Positions 7,871-17,969 of a stretch of DNA of 64,000 bases are shown one piece after another. Within the stretch, counting starts at the first letter, position 1. Each line of letters begins with the position of its first letter. Source of the stretch: an uncultured bacterium (GTDB taxonomy: Bacteria; Omnitrophota; Gorgyraeia; Ghiorseimicrobiales; Ghiorseimicrobiaceae); NCBI GenBank assembly GCA_913009335.1, contig CAJVXN010000001.1:2844-66843 (forward strand), in the 5' to 3' direction. The notes below the pieces were generated by a model. The model did not search any database and was not told the origin of the DNA. It saw only the letters and a list, made by a program, of their open reading frames with translations. A program made the translations under genes and the position numbers.

Positions 7871-9094
7871 TTAAGGGATGGGCCTTATAAGCTGGACCTT
7901 AATCGTATCGCCTTTTTTAATCTTTGTAACATTCTCTGGTATAACTGCTATCCCATCTGCTAAAACAAGAGATTTCAATATTCCTGATCCTTGAGGACCG
8001 GTTAGTCGAGCTAAAATTTTACCATTATTAGTCTCTAATTTTACTCTTAAAAAATAGCATAAATCTTTTTTCTTCTTAATTGTCTCCTGCGAGACCGCAT
8101 AAACTTCACAATGCCGGAAGTTTTTTACTCCGCAGGACCACATTATTGCCGGACGCACAAATTCTTCAAAACAAATAAGGCTGGATACGGGATTCCCCGG
8201 CATACCAAATATTAAAACTTTCCCTAACACAGCAAATAATAAAGGTTTTCCAGGGCGCATCTTAATACACCAAAATTTAATATCGGCGCCTAATTCTATT
8301 AAGACATCTTTAACGAAATCGTAATCACCAACCGACACCCCTCCGGAAATAAGCAGCATATCGAGGTTTAAACTTATCGCCTTTTTAATCTTAGCTCGAA
8401 TTTTTAATCTTTTATCGCGAACAATACCTAAATTAACAGGCATGCTCCCACAATCTAGAACCGCGCTATAAAGACTATAGCCGTTAGAATTACGTATTTT
8501 ACCGATAGCCAAGGGCTTTCCCGGATCAACTAATTCATCGCCTGTTGAAAGAATACCTACTACTAATTTCCTATAAACGCATACCCTGGTCAAGCCTAAG
8601 GCAGCAAACATTCCTACATCCGATGGCCCAATTTTTTTACCTTTCCTTAAAACCGTATCTTTCTTTTTTATATCCTCTCCTGCATATCTTACGTTTTCCC
8701 CTTTTTTGGGCTGATGTAAAATTTTAACATGCTGCACGTCCATCTCCATAGTCTCTTCTACTTTCACTACAGAATCAGCTCCTAGAGGAAGTGGCGCTCC
8801 CGTCATTATCCGGATTGCCTGATTAAATTTTATTTTTTTCTTAGATACGACTCCTGCGGGAAGATCATCGATTATTTCAAATATCTTAGGATTGCTTTTT
8901 GATGCGCCTTTTGCGTTTCTTGAATTAATTGCAAAACCATCCATAGCTGAATTATTAAATGGAGGAATATTGATTTTTGACTTAATATCATTTGCAAGAA
9001 TTCTACCGAAAGAAGGTAAAATAGCTACCTTCTCTGATTTTACCGGGTTCATATTGGTACGTATAATACTCATTGCCTTTTTAACATCTATCAT
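7871..9094 (-). CDS. moeA: Molybdopterin molybdotransferase
   Basis: PPFNNSAMDGFA, IMTGAP, STGDEL, SGGVSVGDYD and PGNP motifs. The probable start is the ATG at 9094. Confidence 0.95.
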   Translation of the reverse strand: MIDVKKAMSIIRTNMNPVKSEKVAILPSFGRILANDIKSKINIPPFNNSAMDGFAINSRNAKGASKSNPKIFEIIDDLPAGVVSKKKIKFNQAIRIMTGAPLPLGADSVVKVEETMEMDVQHVKILHQPKKGENVRYAGEDIKKKDTVLRKGKKIGPSDVGMFAALGLTRVCVYRKLVVGILSTGDELVDPGKPLAIGKIRNSNGYSLYSAVLDCGSMPVNLGIVRDKRLKIRAKIKKAISLNLDMLLISGGVSVGDYDFVKDVLIELGADIKFWCIKMRPGKPLLFAVLGKVLIFGMPGNPVSSLICFEEFVRPAIMWSCGVKNFRHCEVYAVSQETIKKKKDLCYFLRVKLETNNGKILARLTGPQGSGILKSLVLADGIAVIPENVTKIKKGDTIKVQLIRPIP

Positions 9095-9095
9095 T

Positions 9096-10280
9096 TTATA
9101 TTTTATTCTCCATATCGTTTTGCAGTTTCTCAATTTTAACAATCCCAAATATAAATAAATAAGAAAAAATCAAACCTATCGCAAAACCGATTGCTATAGA
9201 TTTTAATGCAAGAGTTGTAGCTGCGGTTAAAAACATTACAAAAAAATCTGTTTTACTTACCATGTCTCGACTCACCACTGCTAATTCAAAACCTGCAAAC
9301 AATAAAAGTATCCCTAAGACACTTACTGGATATGCTGAGAATATTTTTAAACAGGCGGCCCCGAATAATAAACCTACAAATATCTTAACAATACCAAGCA
9401 AAAATACACTTCCCCCCGTTCTAGCCCCAAATCTATATTGTGCCGCTAACCCTCCTGCGCCATGGCACATGGGCATTGCTCCGAACCAACATCCGATTAA
9501 ATTCATAAGCCCAACACTAATAGCAATCCCCCTGGGATTAACCCCTTTCTTAGGAAAAAGATCCCATGATAAAGCACAAACAGCAATTACCGAGTTTAAC
9601 AAAGTTAAAGGAATCTGTGCAATCGATGCCCTCATTACCCCTACAATAAAGTCGCTTTTCCCGGGAATTATAAATCTTGGAACAGCAAACCCGATATTCA
9701 ATTCCTTAAAGATGTGGGGAGATTTTAAAAAAACCAGTATAATACCTAAACCACATACCACCAGCGCTCCCGGAAAACGCTTACTGAATAAAAACACAAG
9801 AACCAATAACATGGATATTATACCGATAGAGATACTATCATAACCAAAAAAGGTATTAGTATTAGCTACCATCTGTATCCCTGTAATAACTAATTTTAAT
9901 CCCAAACCTAACTGCAGACCCCTTACTACGCTCTTAGGTATCATCTTGTTAAGGTGTGAAATTATATTTGTTATTCCCAGTAAAAACACTACAAAACCGG
10001 TAACTAGCCCAGCAGCGAATATTTGATTAGGAGATAATCTTTCTGCGATGGCAATAATTGCAATTGCCTTCATCGGTTGTACAGCTATAGGTATGCCAAA
10101 TAACATAGCACTCAAAACACTAAACAATCCAGAAAATATTAAAATATTTGCCGGGCTAAGACCGCAGACTGTAACCAACCCCACAAATAGAGGAATAAAT
10201 ATACCCATATCACCCAAGGAACCTGCAATCTCGGATATATTAAATTTAAATGATTTTATATTATTATGAATGAAATTCAT
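9096..10280 (-). CDS. MOT1-family molybdate transporter
   Basis: EIAGSLGDMG, VQPMKAIA and MPMCHGAGGLAAQYRFGAR motifs; polytopic; within the Moco cluster. Confidence 0.88.
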   Translation of the reverse strand: MNFIHNNIKSFKFNISEIAGSLGDMGIFIPLFVGLVTVCGLSPANILIFSGLFSVLSAMLFGIPIAVQPMKAIAIIAIAERLSPNQIFAAGLVTGFVVFLLGITNIISHLNKMIPKSVVRGLQLGLGLKLVITGIQMVANTNTFFGYDSISIGIISMLLVLVFLFSKRFPGALVVCGLGIILVFLKSPHIFKELNIGFAVPRFIIPGKSDFIVGVMRASIAQIPLTLLNSVIAVCALSWDLFPKKGVNPRGIAISVGLMNLIGCWFGAMPMCHGAGGLAAQYRFGARTGGSVFLLGIVKIFVGLLFGAACLKIFSAYPVSVLGILLLFAGFELAVVSRDMVSKTDFFVMFLTAATTLALKSIAIGFAIGLIFSYLFIFGIVKIEKLQNDMENKI

Positions 10281-10298
10281 TCTTTGACTAAAAACTAT

Positions 10299-10775
10299 TT
10301 AATGTTCTCTTCCAAGAATCATATCTAAGCCATGGGGTAATTCTTCTATAATCGCCTCCAAAGACTCCTTCGCGCCCTTAGAACTACCGGGAAGATTAAT
10401 TATAAGAGTATTCTCTCGTAATCCAGCAACACCCCTTGAAAGCATTGCCCGTTTAGTAATATGCAGACAGCTAACTCTCATTGCTTCCGATATCCCCGGA
10501 ACCTGTTTATGAACAATTTCCAAAGTTGCCTCGGGAGTAGAATCCCTTGGCCCCAACCCCGTTCCCCCGGTGGTAAATACAACATCTAACTTAAGGTTAT
10601 CAGAATAATGAATAAGTTTTTCTTTAATCATGTCAGGCTCATCAGGCACTATTTCATATATTGCAAGTTCATAATTTTTTGACTTTAAAATTTCTAGAAT
10701 AATCTTACCGCTCTTATCCTCCCTCTCCCCTTTAGAGCATTTATCACTTATAGTTAAAACTCCCGCTTTATACAT
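10299..10775 (-). CDS. mog: Molybdopterin adenylyltransferase (MogA/MoaB family)
   Basis: TISD, TTGGTGLGPRD.TPEA and NLPGS motifs; probable ATG at 10775. Confidence 0.9.
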   Translation of the reverse strand: MYKAGVLTISDKCSKGEREDKSGKIILEILKSKNYELAIYEIVPDEPDMIKEKLIHYSDNLKLDVVFTTGGTGLGPRDSTPEATLEIVHKQVPGISEAMRVSCLHITKRAMLSRGVAGLRENTLIINLPGSSKGAKESLEAIIEELPHGLDMILGREH

Positions 10776-11229
10776 TTGATTCCCCTTTTTTCTGAGTAGC
10801 AACAATCTCATCTCCTGGCCTTATGACTCCTGCCTTTAAAACAGTCGCAAAAATACCTTCAGTAGGCATAACACAGTCTCCCGCCTGATAATAAATAGCA
10901 CATCTTGTGTGACACTCTTTACCTATCTGGCTTATTGCTAAAACAGCATCTTTACCTATCTTTACTCTATCTCCGATATTAAGCGTTAGAAGATCAATGT
11001 CTTTTGTTGTAATATTTTCAGCAAAATCACCAGGACCTACATCAAGCCCTTTTTTTCTTATCTTTTCTATAGACTCAATAGCTAAAAAACTTACCTCTCG
11101 GCCACTCCCGGCATGAGCGTCATTTAAAACCCCAAAGTTTTCGCGCAATTCTACCATTGGCACGTTTTTCTTTTTAACGCCTTTACTTTTTGAAATTGAT
11201 GTTGCGATTATTTTTCCTTTTATCATCAT
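10768..11229 (-). CDS. MOSC domain protein
   Basis: DAHAG, PGDFAENITT, QIGKECH..C and CVMP.EGIF motifs. Confidence 0.88.
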   Translation of the reverse strand: MMIKGKIIATSISKSKGVKKKNVPMVELRENFGVLNDAHAGSGREVSFLAIESIEKIRKKGLDVGPGDFAENITTKDIDLLTLNIGDRVKIGKDAVLAISQIGKECHTRCAIYYQAGDCVMPTEGIFATVLKAGVIRPGDEIVATQKKGESNV

Positions 11230-11282
11230 GTTATATTTGCTTATATCTTATCTTCTATCCATATGGATAAGTCTACTACAAT

Positions 11283-11606
11283 TTATTTATTAAGACCTCC
11301 CAGAATATCATCAACCCAAGATAGTGACGCCATGGCTCTGGGCCAGCCAATAGTAGTAATAGCTAAAATCGCAGCATGGTAGATTTCTTCATCGCCTATT
11401 CCCGCTTTTTTACATTTACGGACATGAGAATGCACCCCGCCCTCAAGACCTGCCCCAATAGCAATGCCCAGCTTAACCAACCTCTGCGCGCGCTCATCAA
11501 TAGCGCCGACTCCTCTGACAGACTCTCCTAACTTTGTATAACTTTCCCAAACTTGCGGATATTTCTTAATGACTTTTTGTAAAAATTCAGGTAATTCTTT
11601 ATTCAT
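11283..11606 (-). CDS. Carboxymuconolactone decarboxylase (CMD/AhpD) family protein
   Basis: RLVKLGIAIG, HSHVRK and TTIGWP motifs; ATG at 11606 with an AGGAGG SD. Confidence 0.8.
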   Translation of the reverse strand: MNKELPEFLQKVIKKYPQVWESYTKLGESVRGVGAIDERAQRLVKLGIAIGAGLEGGVHSHVRKCKKAGIGDEEIYHAAILAITTIGWPRAMASLSWVDDILGGLNK

Positions 11607-11616
11607 CTCTGCCTCC

Positions 11617-11729
11617 TCAATGAGTACACGATTTACGGAATGCAAATCGTAAGTACGAATTGATCCCGCCGAATATTTAAAAATTATCGTAGAAAATTTT
11701 CAAATAGATTATGAGGCGGGGTAACATTC
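11617..11729. repeat. Composite palindromic intergenic element: a G-A hairpin arm plus a tcccgcc...ggcggg hairpin
   Basis: tcaaTGA-gtac-acgattt...aaatcgt-aa-gtac-GAAttga, then tcccgcc...ggcggg. The same architecture occurs at 25013, 28512, 29043 and 39390. Confidence 0.8.
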
Positions 11730-11739
11730 AATTGCCTTA

Positions 11740-12666
11740 CTATCCCCCAACACTAGACATATATACCCCTGATTCCTCCCAGCTAGTATAATCAATAGCA
11801 TCCTTTGTAGACATTAAATTTTTTATCTTGGCCTTAATAAAGCTATCTTCTACACCGCTTCTTAAGAAATCTCTCAAAGATACACCCTTAGGCTGATAAA
11901 GACATAATTTTAACTCCCCTATCGCAGTTAACCTTAAACGTGAGCACATTCGGCAATTTAAGCTATGTGTCTTTATAAACCCGATTATTCCATCACTATA
12001 TCGATAATATTCTGCTGGCCCTAAATTCCGGTATCCTATCCATTCAAGGCCAAATTTACTATGACAAATATTTCTAACTTTCTCAATCGGCACAAAAAAA
12101 CTTTCCTCCCATAAAGGGGTAACCTTCATAAATTCAATAAATCTTAAAATCAAATTATTCTCCTGGGCAAAATTAACAAAATCAACTATCTCATCATCAT
12201 TAACCTGCTTTCTTACTACTACATTTAGCTTTACAGTATTAAAAAGCTTTCGAGCGCGATTAATACCATCTAGAACCTGACCAAGAAGATCTTTTCCTGT
12301 TATTGACTTAAACCGCTCTTGTCTAAGAGTATCCAGGCTTATATTCATGCTTTTAAGTCCTGCATTTTTTAAATCTTTTACATAAGAAGAAAGAAGGATT
12401 CCGTTAGTGGTAAGGCAGATTTCTTCTAAACCATCTATTTGGCTAATATTTTTCACTAAATCCACTATACCTTTTCTTACTAAAGGCTCCCCTCCGGTAA
12501 GACGTATTTTTTTTATACCTAAATCAGCGAAGATTTTTAAAAACCGCAATATCTCTTCAAAACTAAGTATCGCCTCATGCGGCTGAGTAACAATTCCTTC
12601 CTTAGGTATGCAGTATCCGCATCTTAAATTGCAACGGTCAGTAATAGAAAGTCTTAAATATCCCAT
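11740..12666 (-). CDS. moaA: GTP 3',8-cyclase
   Basis: YLRLSITDRCNLRCGYC, TGGEP and CRMCSRLR motifs; C-terminal GG. Confidence 0.95.
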   Translation of the reverse strand: MGYLRLSITDRCNLRCGYCIPKEGIVTQPHEAILSFEEILRFLKIFADLGIKKIRLTGGEPLVRKGIVDLVKNISQIDGLEEICLTTNGILLSSYVKDLKNAGLKSMNISLDTLRQERFKSITGKDLLGQVLDGINRARKLFNTVKLNVVVRKQVNDDEIVDFVNFAQENNLILRFIEFMKVTPLWEESFFVPIEKVRNICHSKFGLEWIGYRNLGPAEYYRYSDGIIGFIKTHSLNCRMCSRLRLTAIGELKLCLYQPKGVSLRDFLRSGVEDSFIKAKIKNLMSTKDAIDYTSWEESGVYMSSVGG

Positions 12667-13368
12667 TTATACTCGTTTTTTATAAGTAAATTTAGAAAAA
12701 ATTACTCCCATCTCATACAATAAAATCAGGGGCAGGGCCATTAATACTTGAGTAACAACATCCGGAGGAGTCATAAGTGCTGCAGCGATAAAAACCAACA
12801 CGATCGCTTCTCTCCTTCTTGCTGCTAAAGTAGCTGGGGTAACTATCCCAACTTTAGTTAAAAAAATAAGGGCTATAGGTAACTGAAACACGATAGCAAA
12901 CGCAAAAGATAGGCTTGCTACAAAAGAGATATAATTACTTATGGAAATCATGGGAGTCAAAAAATCAGTCTCAAAACCCAAAAGAAACTTTACCCCCAAA
13001 GGTGTAATAACAGAATATCCGAATATCAACCCTGATGCAAAAAGAAGAAAAGAAACTGGACCAAAAAAGTAAATAAGTCGTCGCTCATCAATCATCAACC
13101 CCGAAGAGATAAATTTCCAAACCTGATAAAGTATAAAAGGCGACGAAATAATTAATCCTACAAACAATGCGATCTTTATATTGGCAATGAATGCTTCTTG
13201 AGGAGCAATAAATACAAGCTTACCAGCGGGTTTTATCAAAGAAGGCAAAATTTTATCACTAAAGCTATAGATAGCTATCGAACAAATCACCAAAAAAATT
13301 AAGGACCTAATAATACAACTCCTTAATTCATCTAAATGCTCGACTAAAGATAGTTTTTCATCTTTCAT
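12667..13368 (-). CDS. tatC: Twin-arginine translocase TatC
   Basis: LVEHLDELR, FQLP and TPPDV..Q motifs. Confidence 0.96.
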   Translation of the reverse strand: MKDEKLSLVEHLDELRSCIIRSLIFLVICSIAIYSFSDKILPSLIKPAGKLVFIAPQEAFIANIKIALFVGLIISSPFILYQVWKFISSGLMIDERRLIYFFGPVSFLLFASGLIFGYSVITPLGVKFLLGFETDFLTPMISISNYISFVASLSFAFAIVFQLPIALIFLTKVGIVTPATLAARRREAIVLVFIAAALMTPPDVVTQVLMALPLILLYEMGVIFSKFTYKKRV

Positions 13369-13403
13369 CTATAATAAAATTAAATACTTGCAACAAAATA
13401 TAA

Positions 13404-13586
13404 TTATTTCTTTTTTTCTTCGTTGGTTGCGTCTTTAATATCATCTTTAATTTCTTTAGCCCCCTTCTTAAACTCCTTAATCGAGCGACCCAAAGCACGG
13501 GCAATCTCAGGAAGACGCGTTGCTCCAAATAATACCAGGACTATCAACAAAATTACAATAAGCTCTCCCATCCCAAACCGAAACAT
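13404..13586 (-). CDS. tatA: Twin-arginine translocase TatA/E
   Basis: G.GEL...LFG..RLPEIARALGRSIKEFKKG. Confidence 0.95.
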   Translation of the reverse strand: MFRFGMGELIVILLIVLVLFGATRLPEIARALGRSIKEFKKGAKEIKDDIKDATNEEKKK

Positions 13587-13696
13587 AATACCCTCCTATG
13601 CTAAAATTACAGTGTTTTTATAATAATTAAACCATTACATAATAAAATTCAAAATAAATAGTTTGTATCAGGAATAAAAAAGAGAGGCAAAAACTA

Positions 13697-14314
13697 TTAA
13701 TAACCAGAATTACACCTACTTGTAAGATTTCTCTGGTCTTCTTCAATAAATGATCTTGTAAGTCGGGCTAATTTTCTATAAAAGGCCTGATGAGCACCTG
13801 CTTCTACGCTAGCAGTAAACTTATTCACCCATCTACCAAGGTGCATACCCAAAAAAGATGCCTGCTTCTGACAATAACCAAAAGCAGTATTAGAATCCTT
13901 ATTTTTCATCGATTCTGCCTCTCTAAAAATAAGCAAATACATGAATTCTAATTCTACGGCAATATGGTCAGGTGCCTCCCTTACAGTAATATCTAAGCCT
14001 TCTTTCCTGTACCACTTTTTTACATCCATAGTTGAGTCACCCATAATTCTTCTTGCGCCCTCAAGATAAACCGACCCATAAGGGGGTGCGAGTAACTTGT
14101 ATGGCCCGAGGAAAAGTTTTGAGTAATCAATTTTTAACGATACGATGTCATCTACCTCTGGAATATTCTTGATAACTTCCAGAGTCAAGCCATTTTGTGA
14201 TTCTTTAAATGCTTTTAATGCTCCGATCAACTTCTCATCCGGGGCGTAATAGCAATCTGACAATAACTTATATAAATCAGACCTCACATTGTCACAAACT
14301 AAATCATTCTTCAT
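13697..14314 (-). CDS. TorD/DmsD-family redox enzyme maturation chaperone (ArrD-like)
   Basis: PPYGSVY and EAPDHIAVELEFM motifs; translationally coupled to arrA. Confidence 0.92.
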   Translation of the reverse strand: MKNDLVCDNVRSDLYKLLSDCYYAPDEKLIGALKAFKESQNGLTLEVIKNIPEVDDIVSLKIDYSKLFLGPYKLLAPPYGSVYLEGARRIMGDSTMDVKKWYRKEGLDITVREAPDHIAVELEFMYLLIFREAESMKNKDSNTAFGYCQKQASFLGMHLGRWVNKFTASVEAGAHQAFYRKLARLTRSFIEEDQRNLTSRCNSGY

Positions 14315-16896
14315 TAAAGTTTTACTATTTTAACCCTAGTCAAGGCATAAAATGCCGAAGACCCGCTCAAACGGTCATAATCGGCAGGAATAATAGTATT
14401 GTTATTCCCTCCTCTTGCAACCTTGCCAAACTTTTTAGCGGCTACTTTCCCATAAGCCCAATGTCCTTGCCCGTAACATTTTGCAACAGTTCCGGGACGC
14501 ACGCCTTCCCATAACTTTGCCGTACATTCAATCTCGCCAATTTTAGAAATCAGTTTAATTTTATCTCCGTTTTTTATTCCTACCTTACTAGCATCAACGG
14601 AATTTATCTTAGCTACATCATCCCAAGCCTCATCTCCCGGATCAATATCTTTCAACTCCTGATACCAAGTACAATTTGCGGACCTACCTTCTCTATTTAG
14701 GCGGGATTTGTAATCTACAAGCTGAAAAGGAAACTCACTCTTCCTCCCCCAGACAAACGGCTCTTCATAATGAGGCATAAATGCTTTATCTCCTCTAGCT
14801 TGATATTTACAAAGACTCATAATTTTATCAATACTTGTTTTATATTTCTCTGCGTGTTGAGTTAAAGCTGCCTTCAATGTTTCACTATAAAACTCGAACT
14901 TTTTTGTTTTAGTTTTCATCTTCCCCCATCTTGCCCTGTAATGATAAGGATCTGAATTCCAAACACCCCTAGCGGTAAAGTCTTTCCAGCCGCTTAATTT
15001 ATCACCGCCTTTATATTCCTTTGGATCCCAAAGGTTCCTGGTAACATACTTAAGAGCATAAAGAGCAAACTCTTTTTCGTTGGCTGGCGATTTACCAGTT
15101 TCAGGATCTTTGTATTCCATGTAATGCATGAGAAGATTATCAAATCCCCTATCGCTAAGTTTTTCAGCAAGTAACCAAGGAATCTCGGATTCATCTGTTC
15201 GAATATCCCATACCAAATCAGTAACAGGCTTAAGCAGAGTAACATGGCGATACGCGTTTCCGTGTGATTTAACATAACCCCATTTCTCAAACATATGATG
15301 CGTAGAAGGTAAAACTATGTCCGCAAACCAGGTAAATTCAGCGGCATGTGTGGTAATATGTACGGTAAAAGGGATTTTGCTTAAGGCTTTTTCCCAACGT
15401 TCAGTTCCAGGACAGGAAAAAGGAAAATTATTCATATAGGCAATGACTACCTTTATTTCGTTAGGATCCTTATCCAATATCGCATCTGCTACTCTATTAG
15501 TAACAACCCCACTACCAGGCTTACCTTTTTTCAAAGCAGGAAACTCTTTTGTACCTCTATGATCCATCTTCTTATGCTTTTTCCCTTTTTTGGCAATCTC
15601 GTCCATAAATGAATCGGGCTTGGGGAATTTCCCTGTATACTCCTTATTAGCCTTAAGAGTCCCCCCTAAATTATCTACTGATCCTACTAGCCCATTGAGC
15701 GCATGTGTCGCCATGGCCCCATAACATCCTCTAACCTGCATAGAAGGACCACCGCCAACCCAACAAATAGCATGCGGGGCAGCTTTGGCAAAGCCTATAG
15801 CTACTCTCTTTATCTGTTCGACACTTATCCCTGTTATTTTTGCTGCCCATTCCGGCGTCTTATCTTTTAATTCAACATTCCACCATTTAATCAGTCCATA
15901 CGTATATTTCTCCTGAAAAGTAAGTTTTTTATTAACTTCTCCCTTTAGAGTAAATTCTTCGAGGATTCTTTTTTTCGGTATAAATTCTTTCACAGGAGAA
16001 TCCTTATCAAAATCTCCAACGAAATCTTTATACCATAAGCCATTAGTAAGGATAACATGAGCGAAGGCCGATGCCAAAGCTCCATCTTCTCCGGGCTTAA
16101 TCGGCAACCACTCATCAGCCTTTGTAGCTGTAGCTGAAAATCGAGGATCTACAACAGCAACTTCTGCCCTATCAAGCATATCTCCCCATTCACTTAGATA
16201 ATAAGAAACCTGCCGATTAGCAGAAACAGGATCAGCGCCCCAAAGAAGCACATATCTAGCATTCTTAATATCATATTGCCGATAACCCCATAATCCTTCG
16301 GTATAATAAGATCCGAATTTTTCCGCCTCAGCACAAATTGCACTATGAGAAATATTATTGGGAGAGCCGATGATTTTAGTCATGCGGTCATAGATAATAT
16401 CGCGCATATAAGAGTATCTTCCCCTCATAAGCATATACTTGTGTGTTTCATTATTATTCCTGAGTTCCATTATTTTATCTGCTACAGTATTAAGAGCCTC
16501 ATCCCAAGATATAGGAACAAATCCAGGATCTTCATTTCTACCTTTCTTAGGATTAGTCCTTTTCATCGGTAATTTGATCCTATCCGGGTCATAAACTTGC
16601 TGAAGAGCCATATGGGATCTTGGACAGCTTGCTTTTCCGTTTACCTTTGAGTTTGCGTTTCCTCTAACTTTAACAGCTCTACCATCAACTACATAAACCT
16701 CCACAGAACACCAGGAAGTACATCCCTGACAAGTAGTTGCCTTCCACTCACCGGAAGCTGCAAATAAAGGCTTATCCGTTGCAGCAAAAGCCCGCAAAAC
16801 AGGTTTAAGATTATAAGCAACTGTTGCTACTACTCCGGTAGCTGCTGCAGTTTTCATAAAAGCTCGACGACTCAATTTTTTCTTCGCAATATCCAT
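14314..16896 (-). CDS. arrA: Respiratory arsenate reductase catalytic subunit (Mo-bisPGD, Tat-exported)
   Basis: Tat signal SRRAFMK; TTCQGCTSWC cluster motif; RGRY and SHSAICAEAEK, which are diagnostic of ArrA rather than ArxA, PsrA or TtrA. Confidence 0.88.
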   Translation of the reverse strand: MDIAKKKLSRRAFMKTAAATGVVATVAYNLKPVLRAFAATDKPLFAASGEWKATTCQGCTSWCSVEVYVVDGRAVKVRGNANSKVNGKASCPRSHMALQQVYDPDRIKLPMKRTNPKKGRNEDPGFVPISWDEALNTVADKIMELRNNNETHKYMLMRGRYSYMRDIIYDRMTKIIGSPNNISHSAICAEAEKFGSYYTEGLWGYRQYDIKNARYVLLWGADPVSANRQVSYYLSEWGDMLDRAEVAVVDPRFSATATKADEWLPIKPGEDGALASAFAHVILTNGLWYKDFVGDFDKDSPVKEFIPKKRILEEFTLKGEVNKKLTFQEKYTYGLIKWWNVELKDKTPEWAAKITGISVEQIKRVAIGFAKAAPHAICWVGGGPSMQVRGCYGAMATHALNGLVGSVDNLGGTLKANKEYTGKFPKPDSFMDEIAKKGKKHKKMDHRGTKEFPALKKGKPGSGVVTNRVADAILDKDPNEIKVVIAYMNNFPFSCPGTERWEKALSKIPFTVHITTHAAEFTWFADIVLPSTHHMFEKWGYVKSHGNAYRHVTLLKPVTDLVWDIRTDESEIPWLLAEKLSDRGFDNLLMHYMEYKDPETGKSPANEKEFALYALKYVTRNLWDPKEYKGGDKLSGWKDFTARGVWNSDPYHYRARWGKMKTKTKKFEFYSETLKAALTQHAEKYKTSIDKIMSLCKYQARGDKAFMPHYEEPFVWGRKSEFPFQLVDYKSRLNREGRSANCTWYQELKDIDPGDEAWDDVAKINSVDASKVGIKNGDKIKLISKIGEIECTAKLWEGVRPGTVAKCYGQGHWAYGKVAAKKFGKVARGGNNNTIIPADYDRLSGSSAFYALTRVKIVKL

Positions 16897-16983
16897 ATCT
16901 CTTCTCCCCTCCCCTTAAAAACTCTTTCGATATATTACATCTTAAGTGATACCAGAAAACTTAGAAAAAATACAATACTTTCT

Positions 16984-17877
16984 CTATAGACTCCCTACAG
17001 ATTTTTTATATACAGCAGGATTATAATTTCTTACGTAAAATACCTTGGGTTCTGTCCCCAGGTGTTCCTTAAGCCGCATTGGGCGATATTTTCCAATAAC
17101 CTGATTTACTTTGCTATTAGGATCATTTAAGTCTCCGAATATCCTTGCTTCGGCTGGACATCTCATTACACAATAGGGTAACTTTCCTTTCTTTACTCTA
17201 TGGTCGCAAAAAGTGCATTTCTCTACAATACCTTTACGCCTTAAACCAGAACCCTTCTTATTTTGTTCTCTATCCGGATTATAATAAGGAACCACCCTCC
17301 CCTTCACATCCTTACTAACATCCTCTGGCGAATCAGTACAACCTTTTATCAAAGCTTTTCTATCTCTCCAAAACCGATGAGTTTCTTCTTCGTTAAAATA
17401 AATTACCCCCTCATACGGACAAGCCTCCATACATGCTAAGCATCCTATGCAAAGCTCTGGCTCTTGGGCAACTATATCACCATCTGCTTTATGCCTAGCT
17501 GATGTTGGACACACTTCCACGCAGGGCGGCTTTTCACAATGATTGCATAATGTCGGTATATAATCATATCTAACATTGGGGAATTTACCTGCTGTAGTAC
17601 TTTTCTTGTAAGACCAAGTCGCGCCCTCCTGTAAATTGTTTTCATTTTTGCAAGAAATTATACAACCCCCGCATCCGGTGCATCTTTGAAGATCCAATAC
17701 CATTGCCAAGCGTTTCCCAGATAAGGGTTTTTTATCGGCAAAAACTTCTTTTGCGCTCATTGCTCCCGCTACCGATACAGCTACGGCCCCGCTCATCTTT
17801 AAAAAATCTCTTCGCGAAACTTTCTTTTTTTGCAGGATATTGCCTGCAGCATTCTTTTTATTTTTTATCTTAAGCAT
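16984..17877 (-). CDS. arrB: 4x[4Fe-4S] electron-transfer subunit (ArrB/DmsB-like) with its own Tat signal
   Basis: SRRDFLK signal; CTGCGGCIISC, CNHCEKPPCVEVCP, CIGCLACMEACP and CTFC...CVMRCP motifs. Confidence 0.85.
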   Translation of the reverse strand: MLKIKNKKNAAGNILQKKKVSRRDFLKMSGAVAVSVAGAMSAKEVFADKKPLSGKRLAMVLDLQRCTGCGGCIISCKNENNLQEGATWSYKKSTTAGKFPNVRYDYIPTLCNHCEKPPCVEVCPTSARHKADGDIVAQEPELCIGCLACMEACPYEGVIYFNEEETHRFWRDRKALIKGCTDSPEDVSKDVKGRVVPYYNPDREQNKKGSGLRRKGIVEKCTFCDHRVKKGKLPYCVMRCPAEARIFGDLNDPNSKVNQVIGKYRPMRLKEHLGTEPKVFYVRNYNPAVYKKSVGSL

Positions 17878-17969
17878 ACCTCCCCCTATCGTTATAAACC
17901 AATAAGCAGCCTATTGAAAACCAGGCTACTTATTGGCCATTAATTGATATCTTGCGATTATATTAAACA

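Noticed and set aside
14314-16896. ArxA, polysulfide or tetrathionate reductase
   Set aside because: RGRY and SHSAICAE match ArrA; ArxA has a GRGWG-type motif. A phylogeny is still advisable.
16926-17900. ModE boxes upstream of arrA and arrB (ttcgatatatt, atcgttataaa)
   Set aside because: Only half-sites, with no matching inverted half.
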